A DNA stretch of 64,000 bases. Origin: Zygnema circumcarinatum SAG 698-1b. Its lineage: Eukaryota; Plantae; Zygnematophyceae. The stretch is taken from assembly GCA_037447605.1 (NCBI GenBank), contig CM074813.1, positions 62,001 to 126,000 on the forward strand, written 5' to 3'. The stretch's first letter is position 1; each line of letters starts with the position of its first letter. The translations under genes were made by a program, and so were the position numbers. This document shows positions 1 through 13,417 of the stretch, piece by piece. The notes beneath the pieces are model-generated. The model had not been told where the DNA came from. It ran no database searches and saw only the letters and a list, made by a program, of their open reading frames with translations.

Positions 1-155
1 TCTCCTTCCTCGTCCCCTTCTCTCATCCCTCTCCCTCTCTCTAACCATGACTATGCCAGGTGCTTGATTTCTATTCGAAACATCATGGCTGCTAGACCTA
101 GCCGTAGTTTGAAAAACCAGAAACGCAGGGAACAAGATGCGGGGGGGATAGTCAC

Positions 156-3100
156 CAGCAGGCCCGTCGCATTCATGGCGGTGAATTCCAGTACCAAGAC
201 TACCAGGAAGAGGAAGAACTTTCCGGCATCGCGCTGAAACTCAACGGGCCAGTACGCTATCAGCACGAACACCATGGTGGGCCCCACCCGCAACGGCCAT
301 TCGCTGAGAACTTTCCCGGGATAGTACGCTGCCACTCGGTAGCTGTTGGCTGCACGCTCGCGGTTCACGATCGCCCGCTCGACGGGAAACGTTGTAATCA
401 TCTGCCAGCAAAGTGCAGGCGCGTGAGTCGGTGTGGTGTTTTCTACGCCTTTCAGAAAACAAAAAAAGCAGAAAGGAGATGGAAAACGAGCGTTTCCGTA
501 ACGCCCTTCTGCAAAAGTGTGGCAGGAAGAGAAAACTAGGATTGGTCTTTCACCATCTAGAAGAATGAGGTGTAGACCAACCTGGAAAACTCCGTTGAAG
601 GCAATGAAAATAGCCATGAAGAAGATCACACCCTGACGATCTTGGATTGACTTCTGGCTATTGTCGATGCCCGAGTAGAGAATCGAGATCATTACCATCA
701 TGACTAAAGACTGTGAACATAGCACAAGCGCAGATAGGGCGAGTTAGCAAGCACGGTGTGCATGTAACCTCAACATAACTGCTTCGGCAATGGCTGCTCC
801 ATAAACAGAACTCGGATGGCGTTGCTTCAATCAGTGCAGTGCAAGTGAAAGGCCGGAAGGGAGGGCGGCACCTGCACGTAGGCGATGACGAGCGGGAGGC
901 GGTCCCGCACGACCTGAATCCACGAGCGGCGCGTGAGCACGCGCAGCTGCGTGGCCCATCCGGACGCGAACGCGCCATGGCGGAGGACGAACGCGTCCGC
1001 GGTGGCCTGCCCCAAAATGGAGTCCATGTGCAGCTGCGGCTGCACCTCGCGCGCGGGCGAGTAGCTCGCGGCGAACCCCTCCACGCGCCCGCTGCTCTCC
1101 CGCTCGCGCTTCTCATCTCGCCGGTCGATGGAAATCATGTCCATGAAATAATCCGCTGGCGACCCAAAGCACGACATTGAAAATCAACTCGCGACATCAA
1201 AGGCATAAGATGAAAGTGCGGCACAGATCAATTCCACATTCAATGTATGATTCTAATGCGAGCTGTGCGTCTTGCTAATCCATACGTCGACCTGCACTCC
1301 AAACCAGAATTTTGCACATGGCCAGATGCTTTCATCCAACTAAAGGTCCACTCGTCTTTCAAGGTGGTCTGCTAAAACCGCCACTTGACTCCAACAGGAC
1401 TGTCGTGGACTGCAACACCCATTTTGCCCTGAACTGATATGCAATGGTCTGAAGTTGCTCGTGGTCGGACCGCTTAGTTCAACAGTGGAAATAGTCTTGT
1501 TCTATGTAACAAACGGTGGCGAATCCTCCACAAACCGAGGCCGGCAAGTACATTCACGTCATTTTCAGCTTTTCATCATTAATCGTCAGCCTCAAAATAA
1601 AATGTGTATGAGAACGCACCCGGATTGTAGTGTTCGGGACACGAGAAACCGCGTGCAGAAAAGTAGGTGATTGCACTACTCGCCTTGCCGAAGTACAGCA
1701 GCTTGCCCTCGCTTAAGAGGAGGAGATTCTCAAACTGCCAAACACAAAATCTAGAAGCAACTGTCACTACAACAGTCTCCACAAGGGTTAACGGTGATGA
1801 AAGGCTTCACCCAGCCCGTTGAAGACAGAGTTGGATTAACTGGGATGGTGTAGAGAGGTTTCAGGCCTCACAAGCGCAAAAATGGACGAGCGGGGCTGGT
1901 GGATGGTGGATATGATGGTGCGGTTGCTGCGGGAGAGGTCGGACAAGGTGCTAACCACGTTCAGGGCCTGAAAGCTGCGAGCAAACCCACAAAAGAGAGA
2001 TGGGAGATGTGTCATCTGACTGCAGAGAGCACATTGGACTATGGATTGTGCCCTTTCTCGTTCTAGTTTCTACTGAGTTTTGCCGCAAGTTCTGAGGTGG
2101 GGTGGTGCACCTGTCAAGGCCGGAAGTGGGTTCATCTGGTATGCATGACACAACATTACCGCACAACAAGCCAATATGAGCCCCGTGAGAGCAGACCTTC
2201 AATGCTTGCAAGACCCACTGTCTTCTGCATTTCAGAAAATAAATGCAAGCAACCTTTGCAATCTCCACAACCTCGTGAAAGTAAGAAGAAATGCCAATGC
2301 CAGTGCCAGCATCACCCCAGTGGAGCCACCTTCATCATAAAGGCTGCCAAGTGGCGAGAAACTTTCGATGCACATGGACAGCTCTGAAGCATGACGCTTC
2401 CCCGACCCGCTTTCCTCTTTTCCCTGTCCATGCTGAGGGATGCAGTTTTCCAGTTCGTGCCCAGCGCCTTACCCAGGAAGATGATGGACGGGTTTGAGAG
2501 CATCTCCACGGCAATGTTCGTGCGCTTGCGTTCCCCGCCGCTCACTCCCCGCAGCAGCGCGTTGCCTATCGGCGTGTCCCGGGCCTTGCTCAGCCCTGCA
2601 CCGCCGCGCACTCAGACCATACAGAACCTCCCACTGTTCAACGGCGGAGCTGTGCCCAACATTAGCGATGATGGCCTTGACTCCGAAAAATAAATCTACC
2701 GCTGAAAGTCACCTGCGTCAATTTAACTACAATCGCTGACCAGCACTCGCCCAGTTTCATTCCTTCACATGAGAGATTTTTCTCACAGAGGGTTTGACGT
2801 TGCGCTGTTACTCCAAGCACTAAATACCGAGTTAGGGACCTCAAAGCAGCTGCCCACTACCTCCACTGTCTTTTCACAAGGCCTGGCCAGCCCTATCTGC
2901 ACAGAGCATCGGGCCATACCCAGCTCTTGGATGATGGAATCGACGAGCTCCAGCTTGCGATGCCGCGGAATCCGTTCCGGCAGCCGTAGCTGTGCCGCTA
3001 TGGTGAGAGTCTCCCACACTGTCAGCATGCTGAACAGGGCGTCATCTTGCATCACCTGCAGAGCCATCACTCCCACGGCGACTGCCGGCAGAGTTATGCA

Positions 3101-4168
3101 AGACAGAGGGCCCTCCGCCTGCCCTTGGCCCTCCTGTCGAAGCAGCACACGCACAGCATGGCGAAGCCCACAGGATGCCATGCCCGTCGGCCTGTGTCTC
3201 TATTCCTCTGTGAGAATAAAGAGCGCATGATTTCTCACATAAGCAGAGATGCGTTTGAAGGACTGGCCGCGCTCCTGGCCGTTGACGAGGATCTGCCCCG
3301 TCAGCACTGCGGGGCTGCGCTCCACGCGGCCCGCCAGAATGTTCAGCAGACTCGTCTTGCCCGACCCTGCGCCCCCCCGCGGGCAGTCATGGTCTGCCTC
3401 GCACCGCTTGCTCGCCAACGTCTAATGAAGCTTAGCCGCTAGGGCAAATGCCCCGGTTGGAGACTGCATTTGAGAACTAGTGCCAGTTTCACGTAAGGAC
3501 ATTAAACGACCTTCCAGTAAGAAGAAAAGCAAAGTCAGGATTTTTTTCTGGCATTTTCTGATCAGGCGTTTCCATTAAAGCTCGGATAAAAACGTTTAAA
3601 AGCATAAACTAACCGAGTGATTTCTTTAAGGAGAAAAAGCCAGCTCAAAAGTTGGCAGGAAAAAACAGAGAAAGAGTTAGAGGCCTAAACTCGCAAGCTT
3701 TGCGTGAAACCATGTTCTCTCAATGCATTGCCGGGAGGGGGGAGAGCCAAACCGGAGGGTCCCATGATGGCGACGAAGGAGCCAGGCTTAATGTAGCCAC
3801 TGGCGTTGCTGATGATGCTCTTGGTGCTGCGGGCCTTCCCGCGGCCGACCTCCACGGAGTAGTTGACGTCCATGAAGGCGAGCGAGACGGGGTGGAACTG
3901 CCCGCCCCCCTCGGCTGCCGCGGCCTGCGCATTGCCCCGCCCCGCCCCACCTCCGCGCGCGTCCCTCAGGGCCCACCCTTCCGCCCGCTCGCCCGCTCGC
4001 CCGCCCGCCCGCCCGCCCGCCGCGTGAGGGGGAGCGCGCGCGCACCTGAAAAGCGGACTCCGTCTTCACGAGGGTGGAGACCGGCACCAGCGGCGCCGCG
4101 GCCTCCGTCTCCGCATAGCCATTGCCCGCCACGGGGTCGCTCGCCTCGCCGCCAGCCGCGGGCGCCAT
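156..4168 (-). CDS. ABCG (White-family) half-size ABC transporter, multi-exon; 3' end runs off the window start
   Basis: Spliced exons give [11 protein letters not shown]..., Walker A GPSGSGKT, Q-loop AYVMQDD, signature VSGGERKR, Walker [13 protein letters not shown] (25-nt exon 2111-2135), H-loop [18 protein letters not shown], then TMD motifs [10 protein letters not shown] and [17 protein letters not shown]. The splice junctions I read are GT-AG, and those checked through the NBD keep frame. Confidence 0.95.
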
Positions 4169-4715
4169 GGCCTCCTTGCGCCTCCCTCCCTCCCTCCCTC
4201 TCTCCCTCCCTCTCTCCCTCCCTCTCTCGCTCCCTCTCTCCCTGCCTCTCTCGGTGCGCCTGCAGCAGCACCAGCAGCCGCCGCCACAGTCCGCTCCCGC
4301 CCGCCGCCGCCGCCGCGCTGACGGCCGCCCTGCCACGTGGCGCCCCGCGGGCCCCATCTCCCGCGCCGCGCGAAGCTGCCGCGAAGCAGCCTCTGGAGGC
4401 TACAGCCGAGCAGCGCGGATCTGTGGATGACGTCAGTGGCCTGACGCAACGTCGGCCGTACGGCGGCCACGCGTTCGCTGTGGCGCAGTTCCGTTCCGTT
4501 GCGGCGACTTGCGCGGGGACTGAGACCGTTGCAGACGCCACGTGGTGGGCGGCGACTGGTCGCGCAAACTATGCTCGCTCGCGCCGCAGCGCAACGCGAT
4601 TGGCCGAGGTGCTAGGGGCGGGGGAAAGCTTCGCAGCGCTGCGGGCTGCTGTGTGCTCGTCCTTCTCCTCCCTCCCCCTCCCTCCCCCTCCCTCCCCCGC
4701 GCGAGGGTGGCCGCC
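4169..4715. promoter_or_regulatory. Compact bidirectional promoter between ABCG and cytochrome b5 reductase
   Basis: About 550 bp between divergent ATGs, GC-rich with CT/GA tracts. Contains GCCACGTGGC (4332-4341), TGACGTCA (4428-4435), GGCCGTACGGC (4454-4464) and GCCACGTGG (4537-4545). Confidence 0.7.
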
Positions 4716-7700
4716 ATGGCCTCCATGCAGTCTCTGCTCGGCGACGAGAAGGCCATCATCGCGCTTGCCGTGGCCGGGGCCGCCATATTCGTGGGCGCCT
4801 GCTACCTTTACTCCGTGTCGCGCGCCTCCAAAAAGAAAGGTGATGTGTCTGCCCGCCTCTCCGCTCGTGCTCCTCCGCCTCAAGATTGAACGCCAAACGA
4901 TTTTCTCGCGTAGAATTTGCGATTAAAAATTGCAGTGAAATAGGATGTGGCAGCACTCTCCCCAAAGTGCTCGCTGGACGCACTACTGCATCTTATTTCC
5001 ATAAGTATTTTTTTTTCTTCCACTGATGCAGTCTCTTTGAGCCCGGAAGAGTGGCGGCAGTTCCAACTGGTGGAGAGGATTCAAGTGAGCCACAATGTGA
5101 TCAAGTTCAAGTTCGCCCTCGACTCGCCCGCCGCCGTGCTCGGCCTGCCCATCGGCCAGCACGTCAGCATTCAGTGAGCCGCGCTAGCCCCGCCTGCCTT
5201 TCATCCAAGTTTTGTTTTTCCAGTCGCTGTGTCCTCTGCAGCTGGCACTGAGGGGCGTTTTACACCCATCCCTCCCATAGTCTGTCTTGCTGTTTCCTAT
5301 TTCTTCAGTGAGGAGAGAATTCAACCCACTTCCGGCGGCCACTTTTTATTTTTGCTTTCTAGTGAAAAGAGATTTCTCAAATAAAAAAGAAAATTCAGTC
5401 AGTGGGGTTCAGTCGATGAACTCCTCTCCTTCTCGTTCCGCCCTTGTCCTCATATGCCGCAGGGCATTGGACGAACAAGGGAAAGAGTTCCAAAGGCCCT
5501 ATACTCCCACCAGCCTGGACTCTGATGTCGGATTTATTGAACTCGTGATTAAGGTGCGGAATTCTTACTTTCAAGTTTTGTAGTTTCCACTCTTTCCTGC
5601 ATTAATTAATCTGCTGTTCCTCTAACAGTCAAGAATTAAGATAGGATAAACCGTAGGAGCTGCGTAGGAACTGCCGCTTCCGCTCTATCACAGTATACTG
5701 GTCCATTAGAACTTCAACTTTACAGCCTTTTCATTTTCTCAACCTTAAGTCATCAGGGCACATTCCCGCGCATTCACAAACGGGACAGCTTGATTTGCAG
5801 AAGATGATAGATAAAATATCTCATTGTTCTTTTGTCATATTTTTAGAGTTATTCCTTTTCTTATTGTTGCTGACAGCTCTGCAGATTTACAAAAACTGTA
5901 GTAGACATGTTCATCATTAATTTCCCTGCGGATTTAAAACACAATACTCGTAGTAGTATCCAAAATTTCTCTTCGTCCATTCTGTCCTTCTATTTTTCGA
6001 GAGCATTCCTGTAGCGATTATAGAGCCTGGAGCGGTTCATCATGTAGAATCAGGACATGTGCACCACCGATGGAATCTGTACGTTTTAATCAAGCAGCGA
6101 TTTAGTTTTGCTGGCCGATTCAAAAGCTTCATTCCGCAAACGCACAGGAATGAGATTTTATTTTTTCGACAGCTTCCGCGATTGTAGTACCGTACAATTT
6201 GGTAAGAGGGATCATCCAAGGTAGCCTGGCCTCGTTCTGTTCCCGAGCTTCAGGCAAGGGAGAAAAGTCACTCGCGAACATTTCTGACCTCTTCACGTGA
6301 AATGCATAACGCAGGTATACCCCGCTGGGGCAATGTCACAAGTACTAAATAAGCTTCAAGTTGGTGACTACTTGCCATTCAAGGGCCCAAAGGTCCGTTG
6401 GCTAATGCTTCATGTTTGAAGTCATTCCTGCTGGCAGTCCTCTCATGCACTTCCTCTGCTCGTTTATATACTCAAATAATTCTTTTGCCAGGGAAACTCT
6501 CAAAGGTTTAAGACGAAAGACTGTGAACATGCATAGATCGTGTGGCACTTCTCCCAGAAAAAATGCTCTCTGAAGATATGCATGGCGGGTTCGTGTGAGC
6601 GCTCAGGGCAGATTTAAGTATATTCCCAATTCAGTTCGGGAGTTTGGGATGATTGGCGGTGGTTCGGGCATCACTCCCATGTACCAGGTACAAGCTGTTG
6701 CAAACGCAGGTCGTTCAATTTTGTTCACAACGTTGTACTCGCATTAGACATTTCTCTTTCTAGCAGAGCGTTGCAGTTATCATTCTCATGGATCCTTTTG
6801 GAAATCTCGCTTAGCCATCCAGCCTTGCGTGTGATGTGAATCTCCTGTCCGTTTCGTCCATGCCTGTCTTGCTATCAAAGAATCGATCAGAAAAAAAAAA
6901 TGACTTGGATTGAAGTCTGCACTTTATCCTCGGCGGTTGCTGCGGGAATGGCAGGTGGCACGTGCCATTCTCGAGAATCCTTCAGACAAGACGAAGATAA
7001 GCCTTATTTCTGCGAATGTGACTGTGGAGGATATTTTGCTGAAGGTGAGCCCTTTCTGTCTCGTGCCAAAGGAGGGCTCAGCTGAAATCGATGACTTGGC
7101 GGGATTTGTCTATTGCACTAAAACTGCCACTTTCTGAGCAGTTAGCTGACCATGTGTGGCACAGGAGGAGCTCGATATGATGGCAAAGAAACATCCAGAT
7201 CGATTCAAATTGTACTATGTTCTCAATCAGGTGGGCGGAAAGGCTGCGCTCAATCGCTGGCTGTGCACTCAATGCTCGTGTCATGCGTCCCTCCTTCATC
7301 CCATCTAACAGTGGGCACTTCATTGCAACTTCATCGTTGGTTTGTTTTGTTTCCCAAACCATATAGTGTATTGCAGCCTCTGTTCAAACAGCACCCTCCA
7401 TCACTATCTCTCCCTTCCTTTTCGCCTTGTGCACGGCTAATCTGTTCTACATGGAGTTTCGTTGATTACGTTAAAAAGCGACGATCTGTTCGCCGATCCC
7501 TTGATTCTTGACTTCGTACTGAACAGAAAGGTTTCAGCGCTATGGCGTCGCATGGGAAGCTCTGAGTTGATCGAATCAATGCCTCGTAAAGCTGACAGCG
7601 GTTCTGCTGAGCGAGGGGTGCAGCCACCCGAGAGATGGAGTGGTGGAGTCGGCTTTGTGAGCGCAGACATGATCCGGGAGCGCCTGCCGCCCCCCGCGGA

Positions 7701-7909
7701 GGACATCAAGGTATGCCTCCGCTCCCCGCCCTCGCCTCGCCCCTGTGGCCCTGCCTCACCCCGCCTGCTTCTGTTGTCTCACGAACGGACGGACGCGTGC
7801 CCCCTGGACGCCGCAGATTTTACGGTGCGGGCCGCCTCCGATGAACAAGGCCATGGCGGCACACCTGGACGCACTGGGCTACGCCAAGGAGATGCAGTTC
7901 CAGTTCTAG
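4716..7909 (+). CDS. CBR1: NADH-cytochrome b5 reductase, 9 exons, N-terminal membrane anchor
   Basis: Exons give [49 protein letters not shown] (FAD-binding RxYT), [55 protein letters not shown]...MQFQF*. Stop TAG at 7907-7909. Confidence 0.96.
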
Positions 7910-9085
7910 CGCACTGTCAGAGCGCGCTATGCTTCTCTGGTGACTCATGAGGGCGGGAGCTTACAGTTTCTATTCGCTTTTTCCGGATGGGCAATTTCGT
8001 TTCGTGGGTTTCAACAGAACAGAAGCATATCAACCATTAGCGCTCTGGCTTTGTCGGTGCCATCTACAAATTCAACATTCACAACTCTGTAAAACTTTAC
8101 ACAGCTTTGGCGCTCTGCTTCGCAATGCTGCTGCAGTTGCATGCCACGGGCTCAGGCAGTCGGCGCCAGTCGCTGCACAGAATAGCGGAATGCCACTCAT
8201 GGAGGTGCAGAGCATGACCACATCTATGACCTGTGCTGCGCATGTTCTTGCATGCGCAAGGCCAAACTCCGGCAGCACCACAATCTTGTCCTACACACGC
8301 ACGGGTTGTTCCTGCTGGCCGTCAATCTTGTCATGTGGCGAAGTTGAGATGGCAACGTGGCCTCCTCTGCGTTGCTACCTGGGGGAACAGTTTTCAACAG
8401 CAGCCCAGATCGAAGGGGCTCTTCACGGGGGCACGTGCATGCGCGCTCCTCCTGCACAGCCGGGGACGACGGGCACATGTCAATGTCACTGACAGGCATG
8501 AGAAAGATTCCAACATATACTCTCAGTCGCCATGCAAACTTTTCCAGCAGCCTCGTGAAAGGGAGCAACAAGCCTCCCGCGTGCTTCCGATGTCCTCACC
8601 AACCGTTGCAGCCTTCACTCGTGACACGGCCCTCGTCTGCACTCCGCTCCCCAGAGAAACAAAGCAACGCTTTGTAAAGATGACGAATGTATGTGAGCAT
8701 GAGTTCGCTCTCAACATGCGAAGAGCACCTGTGCGGAAGCAGCCTTCTGGGAAAAAAGAGCAGCGTCAGAGTGGAGTAGGGCGGATCACCCACCAGAGCC
8801 CCCCCGAGAGAAGGATGAGCGCCCTGTGCAGGCGCAGGAGTGGTAGCACTGTTGCAAAATGTCACATTTGCTGCCTCTCCCCTTTCCGCTGTCAGAACAT
8901 CCCCACCGATCTTCCGGACGTAGGTTTCTTTACGGCAACTGCAAAACAATTTCCATGCTTTTTAGTAGCCATGCAAGGGGCTTCTATGTAATGCTATAAT
9001 TCCAAAACTAGCAATGGAGCACGTCGGATATTGGAAGGAGCATGCTAGTGCAGGTATAGCAGACACTCGTCGCGCCCATCTTCGT

Positions 9086-12000
9086 CTATCGCTGAGAGCT
9101 ACGCAGCTTCGACGTGCCTCCACTACTGTCCGACAGAAAAGCATTTGAAGCTGCCAATTTGCACCAACCTTGATGAGGGCCCAGAAGCAGCTGGTCGAAC
9201 AGGGCCCGGTCTGAACTGCTTCAACTTGACTCCATTGTTATCTGTACATCGCGGGGTCCAGTTACCTTCATGTTAAGTGCTGATATGACATAAGCATTGA
9301 GTGTCCTGATGTTTCCTACACTTCTGAACAGTTCTATACCCAGAAACACGACATTCCACTTAACAAAAGGAGCCTTGAGCCACCGAGTTTTAACGTTTAC
9401 CTTGTGAAGTAGGGTTTAAATCTTGCACTGTCATCCCAGATGCTAGCATTAGAAATCGAATTCCCTGTGAGTTCGCTCGAGAGGTTAATTTTTCGGGCAT
9501 CCTGAGAAACACAATGAGCAGCTCACAAAACATGCATAAAAATCTGAAATGCGCGCTCGTACCATATTGAAAAGCAATAAATGTCATTTAAGATCTTGAA
9601 CAGAAACCGTCCCTCAGCCATGTCCGAGCTGGAGCAGGCCATACGTACTTGAGAAGATTTTGCATCTCTTCTTTTGAAAGAGCTTTGCTGGCCTTGAGCC
9701 TCTTCTCATCCTTGAGTTCCTCCATGGCCATCGAGCTCTGAACCATTTGCCGCTTGCCATTGTATAGAACTGCGGTTCCCAGATTTCTGCAGTTAATGAT
9801 CACCAAGCAAAGTTCATGTTATCCCGCGGTAAATCAATGAGGAAAGGGGAGAACGTAGCTATACGTTCTTATTCATCAGCAACTGAGATAAACAGATTAC
9901 GCTAATATTAAAAAAATGTCCTAAAAAATCAATTAAGTGTTCCAATAAGTCACGCGGACGTCCCAGAGTTGATAAGTTTTATTGCGCACCCCCCATCAAG
10001 CTCCACTCGTGCACTCTTCAGCCTGCTTGCCTGGGCCTGCATACCACGTAACAGAGGAGACAAAGCAAGCCAATGTCAATTCAATGATTTCTTGCACGTA
10101 CAGGTGTTTTCTGAAAGCTACTTGAAATCATTCAGTGGCAGTTGAGACGAATAGTCGTTGCCAAAACGCATCATGTAAGGTCCAAAAAGGGGGTTCAATC
10201 GAATTGCTTTAAGGCCGCCTACCAAACGCACTTTGATTTAAGAAACGTATTCTTGATTAGGTCAACAAGGTGTGAATAAAGTGATGAATTGCGGTACTCA
10301 CAGCAACATGGTGGTGGCAGAATCTTCCCTTGCTCCTGCGACACAGAGGGAGTTGTTAGCCACTGCTTGGTCCGAAAAGAGTGATGAAGAAAACTATGTT
10401 TACAGAGGTGCAGGCCGCCAATTTGAGTTTCGAGACTGCTGTCTATAAACAGAGTGGTAATGTGCAAAATTCCAAAGCTTTTGTAAATGGCCCAAACAAA
10501 AATTTTGGAACAATCAACTTCGGCGGAGATGAATATCCGGATGGTTTAGGTGTTCCGCAAATGGAGAAAGAGCTCTCACTTGTCAACTACAATGGAGCAT
10601 TGCCCACCGGATTTAGTTTCCCCCTCACAGATGCCAAAGTCTCGAGAAGTCCCAAGCTTCATGATCTGATCACTAAACTTTACCATCACCATATGGTTTG
10701 CACCCTGCATCAAATCCACTCGCAGGTCATTTCCAGATCCATATGGATTAAAGTAGGATACACTAAACTCCAGGCTCCCTGTTTTGGAATTCTACCGTTA
10801 TTCTTCCCTGTACCGCAATTGGTTTATGATACGTTTGAGTTTGGTCCCCTCAGCTATTATAAAGCTATCCAGCTTAAACGTTAGTCAGATTAAAAAGGTC
10901 AGTCGATCAATTTCGGAGGCTTGCTTTTCTCAGTATCGACTCCTCCCAACCCAGTGGGAAATGGTCGAAAGTGACCAGCTGTTTCTTGAGTAGCCGAGTA
11001 GGTTGAGGATGGAATATACGAAGCAGCAAAGCAGGAAAATGCACATTTTGCAATTGGTATGCAATTCCACTCTCCCTCCGTTCATGCTGGGTCTGCACGC
11101 GGTCTTTGCTTACGATGGCAACGACCTTTCTGGTTCTTTTCAGCACAGCTCACCGACTCACATCAAGCACCCAGTCATCCTATTAGCCGGTGCATAAATT
11201 TGTGCGAAACCGCTTCATACAGTCCCTTTCAGTTTCAAAAACAACAGTTGGGCAAGTTGTTGAGCAGATTGAACCCAAGAAGAGCTCTCTGTTTTCTGGA
11301 ACTCTACTAAAAGCGCGTACCCGCTTTGCAGGGAGGACCTCCGCATTGATTAGAGCAACGACGCTTCCCTCATTCTCCTTCCAATGTGCAGTGAAAGCAT
11401 CTCCTACAACCAGCAGCCGAATACATGCACTCTTCAAATCGGAGATGCTCCAAATGGCATATGGTTTTCCCATGGCATTCTGCTTCGTCTTGTCCTTTTT
11501 TGCCAGGATTCCAACACTGGCCCAAAATCCCGTTATTCCCTCGCCCACCACAGCGAACCTGGAATACCCATCCACGACAAATTAAGTAAGGGTGTCAATT
11601 GTTTGTTCCTTGCAATACGGTGGTCTTCACACGCGCAGGAATGAAGCTGGCGTGAACAACTCTTTGGACGATAGCGTCATTGGATATGGAAACCAAAGTC
11701 CGGCGCAAGGGAGAACATACTCAAATGAACGCAACGTGACTATCCGTACGTCTTTCAATCGTTCCCTTACAGCTATCGCTGACAAAGTCCTGTAACTGCA
11801 AGCCACCACACAACCATTAGGCCTACCCAACATCTTGCTCCAGAAATTCAGTCATAGAGCTCCGTTCTGACTTCTCCATAAGCTTCGTTATATTGTGGTT
11901 TCTTTAGTGCTATTGTTAGTTTTTTGGATGAATCTCACTTGATACGAAGACCAGAGTACTCCTCCACATGCTCGGTCGGAGTTCCCTGTGGCTGCTTGCG

Positions 12001-13250
12001 ACTAGAAGTCAGCTTTCCTTTCCCTGCCCCTTCTCTATTTTCTGTTGTGCTTGCAGAAATGTGCTCTTTCAGGACATCAGCAAACGCTGACATGTCGGCA
12101 TGACCTTCGGGTACAAGATCGTCATCATCTGATGAATAGACTGCAAGTACAGGGAGGAGACGCAAGGAGGTGAGGTGCAGGGGGCATATCGTTTGAGTTA
12201 CTCCAGTGAAGGCTAGTGAGACATAAGATCATCAGTTGAGTCATTTGTGCCGTAGTTGCAACAAGTGAGACCAAACCAGCAGCAGTCAGTGTTAGTATAG
12301 ATGAGATTTATTTCACCTAATGTGGCACCATCATTCTGTACAGCCATCGACTGTGAAGTTGACTTGATAGGCGATCGTCGTTCAACTTTCCGATGAATAG
12401 ATGTATCCACATTTCTCGACTTTTCCAGTCTTTTCTCTTTCAGCACCGCCATCCGTTGCGATAAGTCTGAGACTGCAAAGAAAGGATGCCCATTCGCCCG
12501 TTGCGAATATGGCCAAGTAGCTTGAATAGGTGGAGAATTAGAGAAAGATGCCCAATCTCATCAACAGCACGACAAGCCCGTCAACACCAAGAGGAGCAAG
12601 TTGCACATCACATGTAGAATACGGATGCATTCCAGGTTTAGCCCGAGAGACAGACGAGCTTTACAACTGAAGTAGTGCATTTAGATTCAGTGTATCGACC
12701 AGAAAGAACCGAATTGCGACATTTCTACGTCCGTCTATAGAGTGCCGCATGGTTGAGGAAATCAGGCATTGGAAGTTGAAATGAAACAAGATGGCGACAG
12801 CTGCATCGATCAAACGCCTTTCATGAATGCAAATAGGATATTGACGTTAATTTTCAAATTTACCTAGAATTATGGCAATAAAGCACATTTATGTGCAGAA
12901 ATCGCTAAGAATTTTTAAAGCGAAGGCCTCCAGTATCTGCATACAATCTTGTCCATAGAAAATTTTACTGTTCTCTATGAAGGAGGTATGAAGAAAAGTT
13001 CTCTAGTTAGTCCATTTCGTATTAAAAAATTAACCATGAAGTTACTGCAATCAATTAAATAACACACATGAGAAGCAAATAACTGTGGATGAAAAGATCG
13101 ATTTCAGTTCGCTTTTGTTTTTGTAGAGTTCCTAAAGTGGGCTAGCTATCGCAGCAGGAATTAAAGTAGCCAGAAAGAAACCAGTGTCCGCTCACCCTCC
13201 GTTCTTTCCCCGGCCTCTGCGCGGTCCGAGTCCCAAGGCGAGCCTTCCAT
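9086..13250 (-). CDS. MCM10: MCM10 replication initiation factor, about 12 exons; 3' end uncertain
   Basis: The ATG at 13250 (MEGSPWDSDRAEAGERTE) splices in frame to VSDLSQRMAVLKEK. Then VEEYSGLRIK, OB-fold WASVGIL...GKPYAIWSISDL...GDAFTAHWKENEGSVVALINAEV, CCCH zinc finger IMKLGTSRDFGICEG...QCSIVVDKSKGRFCHHH, ARVELDGGNLGTA and ANSQGIRFL. The last exon (SSGGTSKLRSSQR*) is a best guess. Confidence 0.9.
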
Positions 13251-13417
13251 GGCCGACCCCGACCCTCCCCCTCCCTCGCGCGGTGCCCTCCGGAACCCTC
13301 CAGGGCGCGAGTTGGCGGGAACGAGCACTGGAAGAACACGCCCGCTCGCTCGCGTTCAAAATGGCCTCCCGCGTCCGAGTTGCCGTACACCACGGCGCGC
13401 TGTACGGCCGTACGGCG

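Noticed and set aside
3652-4926. 424-aa plus-strand ORF and overlapping Arg/Gly/Pro-rich ORFs
   Set aside because: Stop-poor GC-rich promoter DNA, antisense to ABCG exons 1-2. The real frames are already accounted for.
8233-8991. 252-aa ORF between CBR and MCM10
   Set aside because: No recognisable motif, Cys/Arg/Ser-rich composition typical of non-coding DNA, and it lies in the convergent 3' UTR zone.
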